The position numbers and the translations under genes were made by a program. 64,000 bases of DNA from Carcharhinus amblyrhynchos (taxonomy: Eukaryota), in the NCBI GenBank assembly GCA_965287045.1, contig OZ336882.1:43462001-43526000 (forward strand), written 5' to 3'. Of this stretch, positions 1-14,114 are shown in pieces (position 1 is the first letter of the stretch; each line of letters opens with the position of its first letter). The notes under the pieces are model-generated. The model was not told the origin of the DNA. It worked only from the letters and a program-made list of their open reading frames with translations, and searched no databases.

Positions 1-859
1 TATATATTACAAACCATTTGTATATATAAACACACATATATGTATGTATAAAAGATGCTCTCTTGACTGTTTTGTCTTTGGATTCACGGACTGCATTAGT
101 AGTGTTTTCCTTGGCAAAAAAAATTCAAGTGAACCCAGTGAGGCAAAAACATTGGTCGGAACTTGCCCGCCATTCACACCGAGGGGATCTGCCAGTCCCA
201 GAGACGGCACACGCCGCCTCTCTATGGGTTTCATGGCAGTGAGAGATGCATTCAATAGGAAACAACAGTAGGACCAGAAGGTCCTGCCGCACGCCAATGG
301 CAGACTGCCTTCCGCCATGGTGAAATCCCATCCATTTTGTTTAAATGGTCTGGATATTCTTAAGTGGGTGCAATCTGGAAGTTACCCAAAAATGTGCCCA
401 TTCCTATGCCTAGTTGTCAATGCCAAGTTGTGTTCAAATTTCCTGCGAATCTTATTAAAATGTGTCTGAATGTAAAACTATCCGTGAATCAGTGGCTACA
501 GTCAGCTCCAAAGAGGAGCATTGAATTCACACCATATATTCCTTCTTTCAGTATGATAATTAAAATTTCAACTCATTCAACCATCCTTCATGCATGTTTC
601 AGAATTTAAAAAAGGGGGAGCTTTACAATTTTTAACATGATCTTCTGTAAAAATGCATTAAGAGAAGCAAAGGATACAGGCAACTCACAGGGAGAATAAA
701 AAGAAATTCACAATTTTGCAATAAAATGGCATAAAGATGGTTTTGTTTCCTGCTGTGCCTCAAAAGAAGGGTGTAATTTAAAGTCTGAATAAATGCTACT
801 GCGAGAAATGACAAGGGGCTGTACCTTCAGGCAACGCCATTATTGTAAAGCAGAGATGT

Positions 860-1250
860 GTTTGCATTGAAGGATTATAAAAGACCAAGAGAGAGTGCAG
901 ATTTATCAGAATGCTGCAAGGATATAAATGTTTAAATTACAAGGACAGATTGCTTGCATTTGAGTTTGGAAGGTTGCGGAATTAGCTAATTGAAGTGGTT
1001 AAAACGATAACAGGAATTCAGATGTGAAATAAGGAATTATTTTTCAGACAAATAGTGGTGGAAATCTTAAACTCTCTCTCCCCGAAATAGCTGTAAATGC
1101 TGGATGAATGGAAGTCTGAGATTAATAGAGACTTTTCAGGTAGGGATATGAAGCGATGTGTGGATCAAAGATAAATAGAACTGGAGTTGAGGTACCGATC
1201 AGCCAATATCTACTGAATGGCTTGATGTACTGAATATTCCTTTTATGTTT
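860..1250 (+). mobile_element. Degenerate CR1 LINE 3' fragment
   Basis: Decayed CR1 ORF2 C-terminus and 3'UTR motifs (gagagagtgcag...gtggtggaaatcttaaactctctc...atcagcca...gaatggc), similar to the better-preserved CR1 copies at 2828 and 29015. Confidence 0.7.
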
Positions 1251-2827
1251 GGCCTGTTCACCACTGTGACCATGGTTACCATCTCCTTTGAGACTGATAA
1301 CTTTTAATAAGAAATTTGAACTCCCAGTGACCAACTTAAAGGATCACACAGCAAGATTTCAAGATTTACTGCAACAAACAAATTAAAAGCAACACTGATC
1401 AAACATTGATCTTGAGTTCATGCTCGCCACCTGTGCGAATGGTGGAAAATTCAGAAGTCACAGATCTTACCAGTGACGTCTACGACTTCCAGATTTTCCC
1501 CGTCCTTGCTGGTGATGTCATCAGGTTCATGCCCATAACAGACATGCACCTGCTTTACATGAACTTCAATAAATTCCAAATCATTGTACCACCTCCTCAG
1601 CAGATATTGACGCCGCACGAACATGATGTCACACAGGTCCGGTTTACAAAAGGTTCACCGAGATGTGAACCTGCCATGGGGGCCTCCCCCAGTGCATAAA
1701 GGTCAGTATAGCCCCTAGGAGAGAGGGATATTGTCAAGCATGCCCTCTGGCATTGTCCAGTGGCACAGACTGGCACTTCCAGGTTGGCAACACAGGGGCG
1801 AACGACAGTGAGAGCCTCATGGGAACAGGGGCGAATGGGGGGAGGGGTGGAATTCATTTAGATGTGGGGTGGCCGGGAGTGGACTAAAGAATTGGAGATG
1901 CCAGTGATGGCCCTTTCTGGGGATGGGGGTGGTGGGTGCCTGCTCTCCTGAAGCCCCAGTGGTACGTTGGTGGTGGTGGGGGTGGGATTTATGATTGGGG
2001 TGTACTTCAAAGAAGGTGCCTCGACCTCAGTGCAGCTGGGTTTTGCCAACTCGTTGAGCACCCCCCATTCTCCCACCCTCATGCATGCTGGTGTGAAACA
2101 TGCCCCCTTGACTTTTTTAGGCAATGCCATAAGATCTGGAGACACATGCTGTTTTCTCGCCAGAATCAGCATTCTGCCATTTTTTGGTAAAATCCTCCCC
2201 CTCCACCCCTTTTTTGTTAATTTATATTTTAAACTATAGAACAGAACTTCCCTTTTTAACTCAACTGAAAATCCCACTTGATGTTTATACTTTACACTGT
2301 TCCTTTAGTAGATATTCAATTCTCCCAGAACCAGCTCAAAGTGACACCTAGCTCCCAAGGGTTTACTTCTGTTCTTTTCCTTTCCAGCCTGATAATTTTA
2401 ATCCAAAATTGTCTTTCATGGTGAAAATTTACCCTGGGGATTGTTCCTTTAGATTGAGCTGGTTGAACCTTCCAGTCTTGTTTTAAATACTTATGAATTT
2501 GGTCTTTTAAATCCAAACTCAACCTTCCACCAGCATCCTTGTGTGGAGGACCATGGGTACTTGCCCCTTCTATTTGCTTCCGCAGACTGATACTTGCATA
2601 CTGCCCTATTAATGCAATTCAGGGATGCTTTTGTGAGAACTGAGTAATTGGATCCTTCAATGTTTTCCTATGCACACTTCCCCTCTCAAAACATGTTTCC
2701 ATGACAACGTGAAGCACATGGGCCACCTATCCAGGTAAGCTTACCGATTAGCTATCTCTCACAATTTCATTCTCTCTTGAAATTAAATAGACGGTTCAAG
2801 TATAGCTGTTTACAAACCTGACATTTA

Positions 2828-3428
2828 TAAAACAATCAGCAAGCTAATGGAATGCTATTTTTTATTGTGAGAGAAATTGAATATAAAAGTAAAGATGCTA
2901 TTCTTCAATTATGTAGGATATCGGTGAGATTGCATCTCCAACAGTGTTGTTCCCCTTATTTAAGGAAGGATGTAAATGCTTTGGAGGCAGTTCAAAGGAG
3001 GTTTCCTCAACTTATACCTGGAATGAGTGGGTTGTCTTATGAGAATAGATTGGACAGACTGGGCTTGTTTCCACTGGAGTTTAGAAGAAAGAGAAGTGGC
3101 TTGATTGAAGTATTGACAACATGGATGTGGAATGGACGTTTCCTATTGTGGGTAAGTCCAGAACTAGGGAGCACGGTTTTAAAATTAGAGAACTCCCTTA
3201 TAAGACAGAGATGAAGATTTTTTTTCTCTCAGAGCACTGTGTGACTTTGAAACTCTCTGCCTCTTAAGGCGGAGGTGGACAGGATCTTGTTAGGCAAGGT
3301 AATCAGTGATTATGAGGCGGGGGGGTAGCTGGGAATGTGGAACTGAACACAGAGATCAGCCAGAGTCTTATTAAATGATGGGACAGACTTGATAGGCCAA
3401 ATAGCCTACTTCTCCTTCTATTCCTAAT
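2828..3428 (+). mobile_element. CR1 LINE 3' fragment (ORF2 C-terminus + 3'UTR)
   Basis: ORF 2852-3214 reads IEYKSKDAILQL...SPYLRKDVNALEAVQRRF..LIPGMSGLSYENRLDRLGLFPLE, the typical CR1 ORF2 end, followed by a CR1-type 3'UTR (ggccaaatagcctacttctcc). Confidence 0.92.
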
Positions 3429-3557
3429 GGTCGGAATTCTCCAGTACCGCATACCCACTGCCACCGAAAATCTAGAATTTGATGCTTAGCCAAATCTCTG
3501 CTCACAGCAGCAGAACCAGAGAATCCCAGCTGCAGGTGAGGTTGGAGAATTCCAGCC
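3429..3557. mobile_element. ~130-bp MITE (PIF/Harbinger-like TIRs)
   Basis: Terminal inverted repeats ggtcggaattctcca / tggagaattccagcc (13/15); same TIR type as 29761-29899. Confidence 0.65.
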
Positions 3558-6500
3558 TACTTTTGTAACATCTGCCTAGGGTCTGAAGACAAAAGTCTGT
3601 CTACTGTCAGCACAGATGCCTCTGCTATTGTCTACAAGTGTGAACAGCTTGCACCTGGACCCCCTTTAATCTTTAACAACTAAGCCAGCCAGGCCTGCTG
3701 TCAGTATAATCTGGAACAAGTCACATGATCACTCCATTCATAAAATTTACCCTTAATTAAAAGCATGGTCCTAATCTTACAAAACCTCACATTCGTAATG
3801 GTGAGGCTAAATTTAGTGGAGAATAGTCAGTCGGGCAACTGCATACCATGATATAACCTTTTGTGTATGGTATACCTTTTCTGCTTGTCTTGGAACATAA
3901 AACTGAAACTAAAGCTGTGAGGATGTTAATACTTCCATCAGTAAACATCTCACTGAAAATATATAGTGATATATACATATATATAACAGCAACAGGCATG
4001 AATAAAAGTGGAGAAAGGAATTACTTTATAAGAAAACATGTATTGAAAAGCATTTTTACTCTATGTTGTATATTGTTAACATTAGCATTCAAATGTTATG
4101 GGTCTCCCCCATAATGTTTGCTCCTGAAAATTAATCCAATGCACGCAGCAAGTGTTTGATTTCAGAAATAAAGCATTGAATTAGCAATATGTTTTGATGA
4201 CAGCACAATTAATTTATTCAGCTTAACCTCAAAAAGACCAGGAAGTTCCCATAACTGGGAGTGTACTGCAGCATGGTTATTGGTCTCAGCACACTCAGTT
4301 AAAGAGAAGGAAAATTGGCCAAGATTTTATCCTAACTTCTATCCTATCATTTCTGACTAAGGATAGGACCAGATGACATTACGATGTCCTTGTGACTGAA
4401 CAGGCCATCAAGACGAACGTATTGTGCTCTGAGCAAGAAACATTGAGGTGAGGGGGTGAGAAAACTGACTACAGTGATTTATTGTACCCTCCTTAAGAAG
4501 AAAAGGCTGTCATTCTGTACATCGTTATTCCACATAAGCTAATTCAGCAATTGCAGTTTGCAGATGTGTTCCTGTTGAAAACAAGGCAAACTTATATGCA
4601 AAACAAAACTGGAATAATTCAACAGGAATACTGGTCAGCCTATACTGAGCTAAAGACTGTTTGTATAGATGCATGGTAAAACTGAGAAATAACAGCTGCA
4701 GGCAGACAACAATGACCAAACTAACCAGAACGGTATGTTTGTACCTGTACGTGGACAATGAATACACCGTTGCACCATTAAACAAAATAAATAAATGTAC
4801 AAGGACAGATGTTATATAACAAGATGCTACAAGATTGTCTCCTTGCATCGATCCCATCTGCTTTGCAATTCTGTTTCATTATACACACACCCCATGGAAC
4901 AATATTCTCTTCCTGTTCAACCAGCTGTCTGTGAACGTGCGTAAGGATTATGGTTTGAAACAAGTAGTTGTATTTCATCATTCTATGCAGTACACAATTT
5001 AGAAAGTGAAATAGATATCAAAATTATTTGAAATAATTTTGTTGTGAGATAACTGTGTTCTATTTTTATTTTGCCAATCTTGTATTTCAAAGAAAAGCTG
5101 TGCATTTCTAGACACCACAAATCAATTAGCACTGTTATACAAATTCTTTAAAACAGTAATGGAAAACAGCCATCTTCATAAAGATAGTAACTGACTTTGA
5201 AGAAACCACCAGGGAAATATTGAAGAATCCTTCTCACATCAATGTACAAAAATATTTGTGAGCATAAATTCATATGCTCAGGGAGGTGATCCTTAAACAT
5301 CCATGTAATTAAATACACAGATCATATTGAAATGAAAGTCTTCATTAAGAATGCTAGAATATATAATCTATTATTTTCTAGACTAAATGAAGACTCAGGA
5401 AATGGCAATGACCCTGCTAGTTCAGATCTCGACTGCTCATCTATTAATCTGTTAGGTTTTTATATCAAAAGAACCCCAATGCGACTTTAACTGATGCCTG
5501 AGCAAGGAGGCCACTGGGGTTTGCACCTTCCCTTGATAGGACCAGGAGAAGTACAAGTAATGTATCAGTTGGAGTAGTGTTTGATGCAAAGCCCATGCAA
5601 AATGTAGTCTTTATTATCTACTCCCTCCTCCGTTTTACCTCACCAAACAGATGATGCAAAATGGGTATCATCTGTTGTAGTGCATGGAAATTTAACATAC
5701 TGATTTGCCTCATTCACTTGACTCTCAAATGACTTCACTGCATGTTTCCATTCACCTTTTTGTAACATGCTACAAGACCTGCTCTGAAGCAAACAGTCAA
5801 ACAAACAGCAGGGCATGACACCCAAGCAAAGAAGAATTCAACTTCTACTGACTCACATCTCCTTGACAAATTAAGGTGAGGGAAAACAAGCTGCTGGGTG
5901 TGCATGTCAGCAAGCATGCCAAGAATAATATTCATACCACCAGGAGAGTGATGGCACAACACGAATTGCCATTTCTCAGGTCTGTATTCTATTGCCCCAA
6001 GAAATTGAATTACCACAGCTGCATAAGGGTAACATAGTGGGCATTTCCCATACTCTTCATCACCCACCATGGGTACATTTGCACCTGCTTAAAGCAGTTT
6101 GCAAATCTAACTTCTTTCAACACATTCTGGCTATGAGCTGCTCTGAGTATTTTGAACATTGGCTACATGGTTCCCCTATTGACAATTATTTAGTTGCATA
6201 ATCCTAAAACCAATTCTTCAATGTTAATAATTAGATGCACCCAGATCACTTAGTTCAGATGTGCAATGCCACTTGCATATATTTATCAACTACTAGCCTT
6301 CCTCTCGTGTACTCTAACCACTTGCAGAATAAACTGATGCACAATGTCTGGATAGAGTGATGGAGGGAGGAATCCTCATCCTCAAACACCTCAGGCTACG
6401 TGAGGAAGTTGTGGGTCTCATTGGGAGGGTGTTGCATAAATCATTTTTCACTTGCTGACACTTTCACCTGAGGGTACTGAGATATTGTGAGTGAGGATGC

Positions 6501-9167
6501 AAATGATTCACAGAATGTACGGAAACCTAAGGACTAGGAAGTCAGTGAAAAACCAATTTCTTCCCTCTCTTTGATTACTCATTTCATCACATTCCCCTCA
6601 CAAAGGGCTGTGATGGTGGTTTAGTCTTAATTATCTACTCCCCCCTCCATTGACACCTGATTTATATAGAGTCAGGAATCAGCTGGTAGGGGTAGGGAGC
6701 AGGGCATGACTCACAAAGGAGGTAAACCCAAACTCAGCAGGGCCATTTGAACTTAGTGCTGACTTCAAACAGACTCCATGGTGGGTACTGGAAAGTTCAG
6801 AGATGTAACCAGATCCCGGGCAATTTGGCAGATCCAAGGGCCTTAATTCATGGTGGTAAACAAATTTATACAGTGGATGTAAATGCTAATGAAGGATGGA
6901 GAAGGCTTGTTTAAGTGTTATGATCTGGATACTGTCAAGTGGGTATTAACGAGAGTTGTGTTAGGAGTTTAGTTTGTTACACCCCACATAGCTCCTGAGG
7001 TCTTTCCATGGTTTGAGGAGTGGGATGAGGGAGCTGGTAGGTGGGTGGAATGCATGAGTTGCCATGAAGGAGCCAGGTGGGTATTAGGGGACATGGGGAA
7101 TATTTGGGGGAATGAGTTAGCATGGAGGTATGAGAGGGCTTGAGAGGTGAGTGGGGGTGAGGTGAGGGTTATAGGGCCTAAAGCTTCTATTTCTCTATTC
7201 TTACAACTCGCGCCCCCCACCCCCACCCCCAGATAGATCCAAATCCATCCTGTCTGTTCCCTTAATATCTTGAAAACAGCAAAGTATCACTTAACCTTCC
7301 AAATTCCACAGAATACAACACAAGTTTGTTTTGTTTCTCTTCATAACTTAATTCTTCACGCTTTACCTTGCAACTCATGAATGTATTTTGAAGATTCTAT
7401 GAGAGTAACATAATTTTATTTCTTGCAAGACTATTTACTGTTTCAGCAAACACAGTCAGAGGTCATGACCTGTATACAGTTTGGGAACCACAGTTCACAT
7501 TCTCTAGAGGGTAAACTGCTAAGGTTTCCCACCAATGCAATCAATTGGAAATTATTGACCTGACGAGAAATTCCACTTATATGCATTTAACCTCACTGTA
7601 AAAACCCTCGTAAAGTTACATCTCGTTGAATGAAGCACAGCCTGATTTTTAACTGTATTAAAGCCATAATGAGCCACATTTCTCCATTATGATAAGGAAT
7701 TCCACATAATCTTAAAATTCTTTTTTAATTAAAATATATTTATGTTAGTTTATTCTCCATGTGCATATCCAAATCAATTGTATCATTCACCATAAAAGAT
7801 TTAAATTAGAAGTGAAGGTAGTCAGTGATTTGCACTTCCTGTTGTGCAGCTTGTGAAAACACTTCAATGCGATTGGTTGCTTGACTTGTTGGCTGATGTC
7901 ACTTCCACTGGATGCCTGGAGAGTGTTTTGAACTCACTCCAGAACTAAGCTGATTTTGGTAGGTCTGTGCTACAAGATCACTAGATCGTTATGGACATCT
8001 TCCTTAAAGACCAGTGGTGAGTGCCTTTTGTCTGCTGCTGCCTGCAAAATCTAGCCAGCGTTCAAATTACCTTCAGCACTAAAATGGATTCCAATGGTAA
8101 AAGCCATTCTTTTCTGTGCAGCAAATCAAGATACTCTGACTCTCGTTAAATAAAACATGGAGTTTTTGCATACATCACCCATCTGAATGGCATTAATATT
8201 TAAAAGCAATAAAGTAGTGCCTAAAATTTCCTTTTGACGGTTTATATTATGATGGTAATCACCACAGATATTAGTTGGAGTGTGAATAACGATCAGTATC
8301 AGCAGCCTCAAGAAGAAAAGCATTTATTTATTAATGTGGTAACTTGTAATTGCTCTTTCCATCTTAGAACCTAACCACTTATATTCAAATATAAACATAC
8401 AAGTATAAAGTCTTTCACACTCCAAATGTCACATTTTATACAGTCAAATGTATTAAAGTGAAATTATTTACTGCAGGATTTTATTGCCTTCATAATCTGG
8501 CCTCCCCTCAAGGGTCAAGAGCAGAATTTACAGGCATCCAGCTGTGTGAAGAAACTTTCCTCAGCAAATAGTGTTTAACAGACAGAGGATGCACCTTCTT
8601 AAATAAATGCCTGGAATCCTGGTACTGATGGCAAATACCATAATGAAGTGCTTCAGCAGCAAATGTACACTACTTGAAGAAAGAACAGTAGAAGATGCCG
8701 CAGCAAACATAGTGATGGATCAAGAACAAAATAGCTCATCCACAATGAATCCTACCATGATGTGATGCTACTCCAGCCCACAAGTGTTCAAAATAGATGT
8801 TTGAAGGTTGAATTGAAAGGCAAGAATGATAACAACTTCAAATTATAGATCGCTGATTCACCACAAGGACTGTTTTTACATAGGTCTAGTTGCTCATTAG
8901 ATAATTCTGTCCTTCCTGCTGAGGGTGAAAAACACATAACTAAAGACAGCCTTCAATTGCTCAAACTATTTCTGATTTACTATTGGGATTTTAATAAAAC
9001 GTAGTAAAACGGCACTTCTTGATTAAACAAAATAGATGACAGCCATTCATTGATTCATCCCTTGATGAATCAGTCAAACAATGCTTGGCAGTTAACAATC
9101 AGTCATATAATGCATTCACCAAGGCAATGCCTCTACCAATCACAGTCTATCTGCCAACTACTTTGCA

Positions 9168-9235
9168 TGGTCAGTGCAGGCTTGCAGGGCCGAAAGGCCT
9201 GTTCTTGTGCTGTAATTTTCTTTGTTCTTTGTTCT
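9168..9235 (+). mobile_element. Short CR1/HER1-type 3' tail insertion
   Basis: tggtcagtgcaggcttgcagggccgaaaggcctgttcttgtgctgtaattttctttgttctttgttct: CR1-type terminal stem followed by a short tandem-repeat tail. Confidence 0.7.
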
Positions 9236-9294
9236 ACTTCTTTTCTCATATCATATAAATTGTTTTTTTCTCCTTATATCAGTACTCTTATGAA

Positions 9295-9330
9295 GTGTTC
9301 TGAGGAGTGCAAGATGAAAAGCTTCAATAT
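9295..9330 (+). ncRNA. Minimal hammerhead ribozyme motif (repeat-associated)
   Basis: GTGTT-CTGAGGA-GT.GCAAG.AT-GAA-AAGCTT-C-AATAT: CUGANGA and GAAA cores, short stem II, palindromic stem III AAGCUU, UC cleavage site, stem I GUGUU/AAUAU (with G-U pairs). Confidence 0.6.
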
Positions 9331-10653
9331 GTCTCTTCTTCAGCAAAATGTATAATTGTTTACTTTCTGGGTAGGAGAAGTTGATTGGCCAAAATGAACG
9401 ATTATCAGGCTGCTAAAAAGATACATGCACTGGTAATTACTCAAACTATCTGTGGTGAATTTAATGACCAATTAATCTGTAAATGTAGTAACAGGTATTG
9501 AGATTTTCATAAAGCTAACAGGAATAACACAAATAAGCCAACAACTTGTGGTGATTCACAAACCATGGTATATCTCTCCCTTGCTACAAATCACTTATAA
9601 AAACCTCATGCATTATGATTTCACCAAACATAGTGAACCCTCCAGCACCATTCCATAATGTGGTTATGGTGACCACAGTGACATTATTTCAGCATAGTTG
9701 AATTTGCCATTGATTTTAATGAGGGTGGGAATATGATTAACTGTTCAACTTTATCAGCAAGGGCCTGTGTTGAATGTTACAAAAGTCCTAATAAATGGTG
9801 GATTAGCAGTTGCAATGGCATCAATCACCACAGCGCAATTTGTTGTAATTTTGAATTGTGATGATGATGTACAGCAGAGGAATGGAATTTGATACTGCCA
9901 ACCCCAGGAGAGGGTGGGAAAATGAAGGGGGGATGACAACATTTATTTGTTCAGAGGACCTGTCATCTTCCCAACTCCCTCTGCTCCTCATTAGTACATT
10001 AATTGCTTACTTAAGGGCTTGGGGGAGAGGAGGTGCGGAAAAGCCATATGATCACTGCTTCAGGTTAACCCCAAGAGCCTGCCTGCAGGACGGCGGGGGG
10101 TGGCGGAGACTCCTGTGCAGGCACCTTGTTAGTAGCAAGGTCGACTCCCACAAGGGAACCCAAGATATGATATAGCCACATTGTTACATTTTCAGCAAAT
10201 TTCAGCTCCATTTTCCCATTTGTATTCAAGTAGTGGCATTAAAGATAAAGGTCAGCTTAAAATAACCTTGGAAGATAAATACCAGAATGATGCTCCAATA
10301 CTGAGGCTACTCTCAAGAAACAATGCAGAATTTGAGCTAGTACTGATTTCCTGTTATTGTTCATCTTAGCCAGACACTTTTTTAATGAAGGCTGCATTGT
10401 TAATTTTACACCATTGCAAAGTCAAGCTAACAGTATAGTTCCCAAGTCAGTTTCTACTTCAAATGTCATACTTTATGGAGAAGATCAACTCAAAGTTTAC
10501 ACTGTATAGAATATAAACCATGAGATGCAAACTGGGTTTATAAAGAGTTTAGGATCTTTACCGACCGTCTGGGAAATGGCTACTGATTGAACAGTGCTAG
10601 CTAACTACAATATTACTTTACCCAAACAATGGCCCCAGTAGCTCAAAAATTGA

Positions 10654-10776
10654 ACAGAATTAGTAGTCTCACAACACCAGGTTAAAGTCCAACAGGTTTA
10701 TCTGGAATCATAAGCTTTCGGAGTGCTGTTCCTTCATCAGTTGAGTGTCATCCAATCCAACGCCAGCATCTCCACA
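10654..10776 (-). mobile_element. Penelope-like element terminal (pLTR) remnant with hammerhead core
   Basis: Shares agtctcacaacaccaggttaaagtccaacaggtttat with four other copies; minus strand reads CTGATGA-AGGAACAGCACTCC-GAAA-GCT; 11-bp flanking duplication TCAAAAATTGA (10643-10653, 10777-10787). Confidence 0.8.
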
Positions 10777-13200
10777 TCAAAAATTGAGCAAGTATCTAAC
10801 TGATGTCTCTCTTTTTAAAAAATGTCCTATATTTATAAATGAATGTGTATATTAATTAGTTCTTTTTATACATTTAAATATAGCAGTTTAGGATTAATTG
10901 TTATCACCAAAATATCACACTCAATTTACTAAAATAATGAGATTGATCAACATTGAAAGTTAATAAATCAATGTAACCATCATTTTTATTTTTTGCATTT
11001 ACTAAAATATTTCTTCTTCTTTATTTGCAAGTTACTTACTTTTTCACTGTTAATCACACTCCAGCCCTTTTACAAGTGCTGGAATGTAACACTGTTGTGA
11101 TCTAGAAATTCGAGAATTATACTTTACAGGATGATAAGATTGGAAATGTAGTTTGAAATTTATTTCTTCCTTCTGGTTGATGAAGAAACAACTGGTCTTT
11201 CTTTGTCCTCTAGGATATTCTACTCACTATCCCCATTATCAGACGTCACCTGCAACTTTGTGCACGGTCTAAATGTAAAAGCTATCAAAACTCTGATTTT
11301 TCAACCTATTCAAGTCCTTAACAATTTGACTGCCATTGTAGGTTTTTAATGAAATTACATTTCATGTAAAAATTACATTAATTTCAATTTGAATGACAGA
11401 TTTATCATTATTCATAGTTAACTTCTCTCAAAGGTGACACTTGTGACACCTAAATTGTTGGCTTCAGAAATCAAACAAATATTTTAATGCACATCTTGCT
11501 TCTTCACACCTACATGTTCAAATTCTTTTTATTCTGCTTGACAAGTTATTTTTTTAAAAAAAATAGAAAATTGTCCATAATTACCACCTTGTGAAATCAA
11601 AGGCATTGATGGCATTTTGAAATGTCAAGATTGGCTAATTGCAGTCTGCCTGGTGAGAGCTGGAGAGTGTGTATCCTAGCGTGCCTGAGTGCCTGGATGC
11701 TTCTGCAATCTCCATCATTTAGTCAGCAGTCTCAAGGTCATTAGGAGAGTGAAGGTGAAATGATAAACAATGTGGTATGCCATCAAGGAGTGAGCATCAG
11801 TGGCTAATGTACCTTGAAGAAAACAGACCCTTCTTTGCTCCTCATATGTCAGTATGTTCCCCGTTAATTTCAGCTTGAATTGAGATTGTGTTAGCAAAAA
11901 TAGCATTGTTTTGGTCTTGGCATCAATCAGTTATTCCCCATGCTATTGCAAATGTCTTACAAAATTATAAGACAAGTACCAATGCAATGTGAGACAAAGA
12001 GTTTGTTATATGTAGCCAAAGATCTGTACATGTTGCTGAATATAGGGAATTATTTAGCATACATTTACTTCGTATTATGAAGGAAAATGTATACAGTACT
12101 GTAACTATAATGGGATATAAACTATCTATATTACATGTGCAGAAGCCTAAATGATTGAGAAGACTCCTATTTTAAAACTGAAAAAACTTTCAGATACAAT
12201 ATTCTCCTGCGGGGATTGAGACACTCCTATATGTCAAGCAGGGCATGCAACTACTCTGTGAACTGAAGCTTTTACCACATCCTGAAACGAGCGTATATTG
12301 AACTTAGATAGAAGAAAGCTATAAATACTGAAGAATGCTATTCCTTTCCAATTGAAAGTTAAGAGGGCTCCTCCATCTTGGCGTATCCTTTCTCTCACCT
12401 ACATGAAAAGAGAGCCTGCGGCTTCTTCAGTGCTGGAGGGCTTGCAGCATTGAAAGCACACCTGCTGTCCTCTGGTCATTCATCAACCAATCCAGATAAA
12501 ATCACAGCCGGTGGCTGTTCCCCACAGTGCAAGCTTCTGATCCCCGTCTGACAATGATGGTTGGAAGTCCGCAGGGAAAATCCTGCCCGTGGTCACAATT
12601 CCCCTTGTTTCCATGAGAAATGGACTAATTACAATGCAATAATGGAAGCAAGTTATAGATCATAACTCATAAAATTATGGATATCAAGGAGAATGATTAT
12701 AAACAATGTTCTAATTATTATATATTTGCAGAGTTTGTACTGGATATTTTCCTGCAATTTGGTTCAGCAATCAATTCCAGAGAGTCCCCAGCTATTCAGA
12801 GGGCATCTTTATCGTCAAGTATCTAGTTAATTGATGACATGATTCAGAGATCCTAACATTGAAGTCTTGTGATATAAAGATTCTGCATAAGCAGGTGCTA
12901 AAATGCTACATTGCTCATTGGCTCAAATAGAAATGGAAATTGTGTGAGCAAAGTTTCTAACTGTGAACCCTAATTTAAGGCTGTGGCCCCTAATTCAATA
13001 CAAATCGAAACTTGACACAATATAAGTCGGAAGACTTTAGTATCTGGGTGATGCGACTGACCACTTTAATTTTAGTGATTTCTAGCTTGTTTTTTTCAGG
13101 GTTAACAGAAAACAATAATGGTCCAATCTACAAAAGGTTAGCTCAAAGGTATCATTTCTATGCAAGTGCATTTTGATGCAACAGAAACCACTAATCATAG

Positions 13201-13380
13201 ACAAAAGCAAAATATTGTGGACATCAAAATCGGAAACAAAAACAGAAAATGCTGGAAAATCTCAGCAGGCCTGACAGCATCTGTGGAGGGAGAATAGAGC
13301 AAATGTTTCAAGTCAGGATGACCCTTTGTCAGAGCTGACCAAGGGTCATCCAGACTCTGACAAAGGGTTATCCTGACTCA
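13201..13380 (-). mobile_element. Second Penelope-like terminal repeat family, rearranged, degenerate hammerhead
   Basis: aaaacagaaaatgctggaaaatctcagcagg...gtttcaagtcaggatgaccctttgtcagag followed by two inverted copies of ctgac(a/c)aagggt(c/t)atcc(a/t)gact; related fragment at ~45022-45092. Confidence 0.65.
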
Positions 13381-13969
13381 GTCCAATTTCTACACAGTCC
13401 ACAATTTTATTTTACTGGCCTTGATTCGGAATTCCAAGGGGTGGCAAAGGGTCAGGAGTGGGAGGATTTTAAAAAAAACAGGATATTGAGCAACTTGACC
13501 TCATTCCTGCCACTTTAATTATAAAGTGCTGAATTTGTGCCTTGGTCGAGGAAGTCACAAAATGCAGATGTGGCTTATGTTAAAGTCAGAGCCTGATGAT
13601 ACTATCAGCACCTTGACTGAAATTCAACTGCAAGTATATGAGGGACACAGAACTGTGTGATTCCTGGAAGCTGACCCAAACGGGGAGCTGCTAAGTTCCC
13701 AGAACCAGGTTCTTTTAGGAAGAGGGCAATTCTCAGATGCTCATGCCTCCCACAGCCTGAATCTCCAGCTTCCCTCCCCTAGCCCCAATTCATGCATAAA
13801 TATAATGTAAACATTTCCCCAGATTAGCAAACTCTCCCACTGTGATATTTATTTCCAGTAGAACTGGAATTAGATCTCCATTTTGATCAGTACATAATAT
13901 CACTGTTCCACTCAGTACACAATTCTCCCTCATGATGAGAACACTTAGCCATTGGTTGTGGCAGGGGTT

Positions 13970-13988
13970 GGGGGGGGGGGGGGGGGGG
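13970..13988. repeat. Poly-G run (G19)
   Basis: Read directly from the sequence. Confidence 0.95.
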
Positions 13989-14114
13989 TGGGGCGGGTGT
14001 TGAGGGCCAAGATTAAGATGGCTGAAGGGCGAGGTTGTGCTGAATGGGAACTGATAATAAAGACACTGAGCAAGGAAGTTGGAAATAGGCACTTGGAGAA
14101 GGAAGCTGGATTGG

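Noticed and set aside
7560-7575. CTGACGAGAAA as a hammerhead core
   Set aside because: No stem II between the two motifs; chance match.
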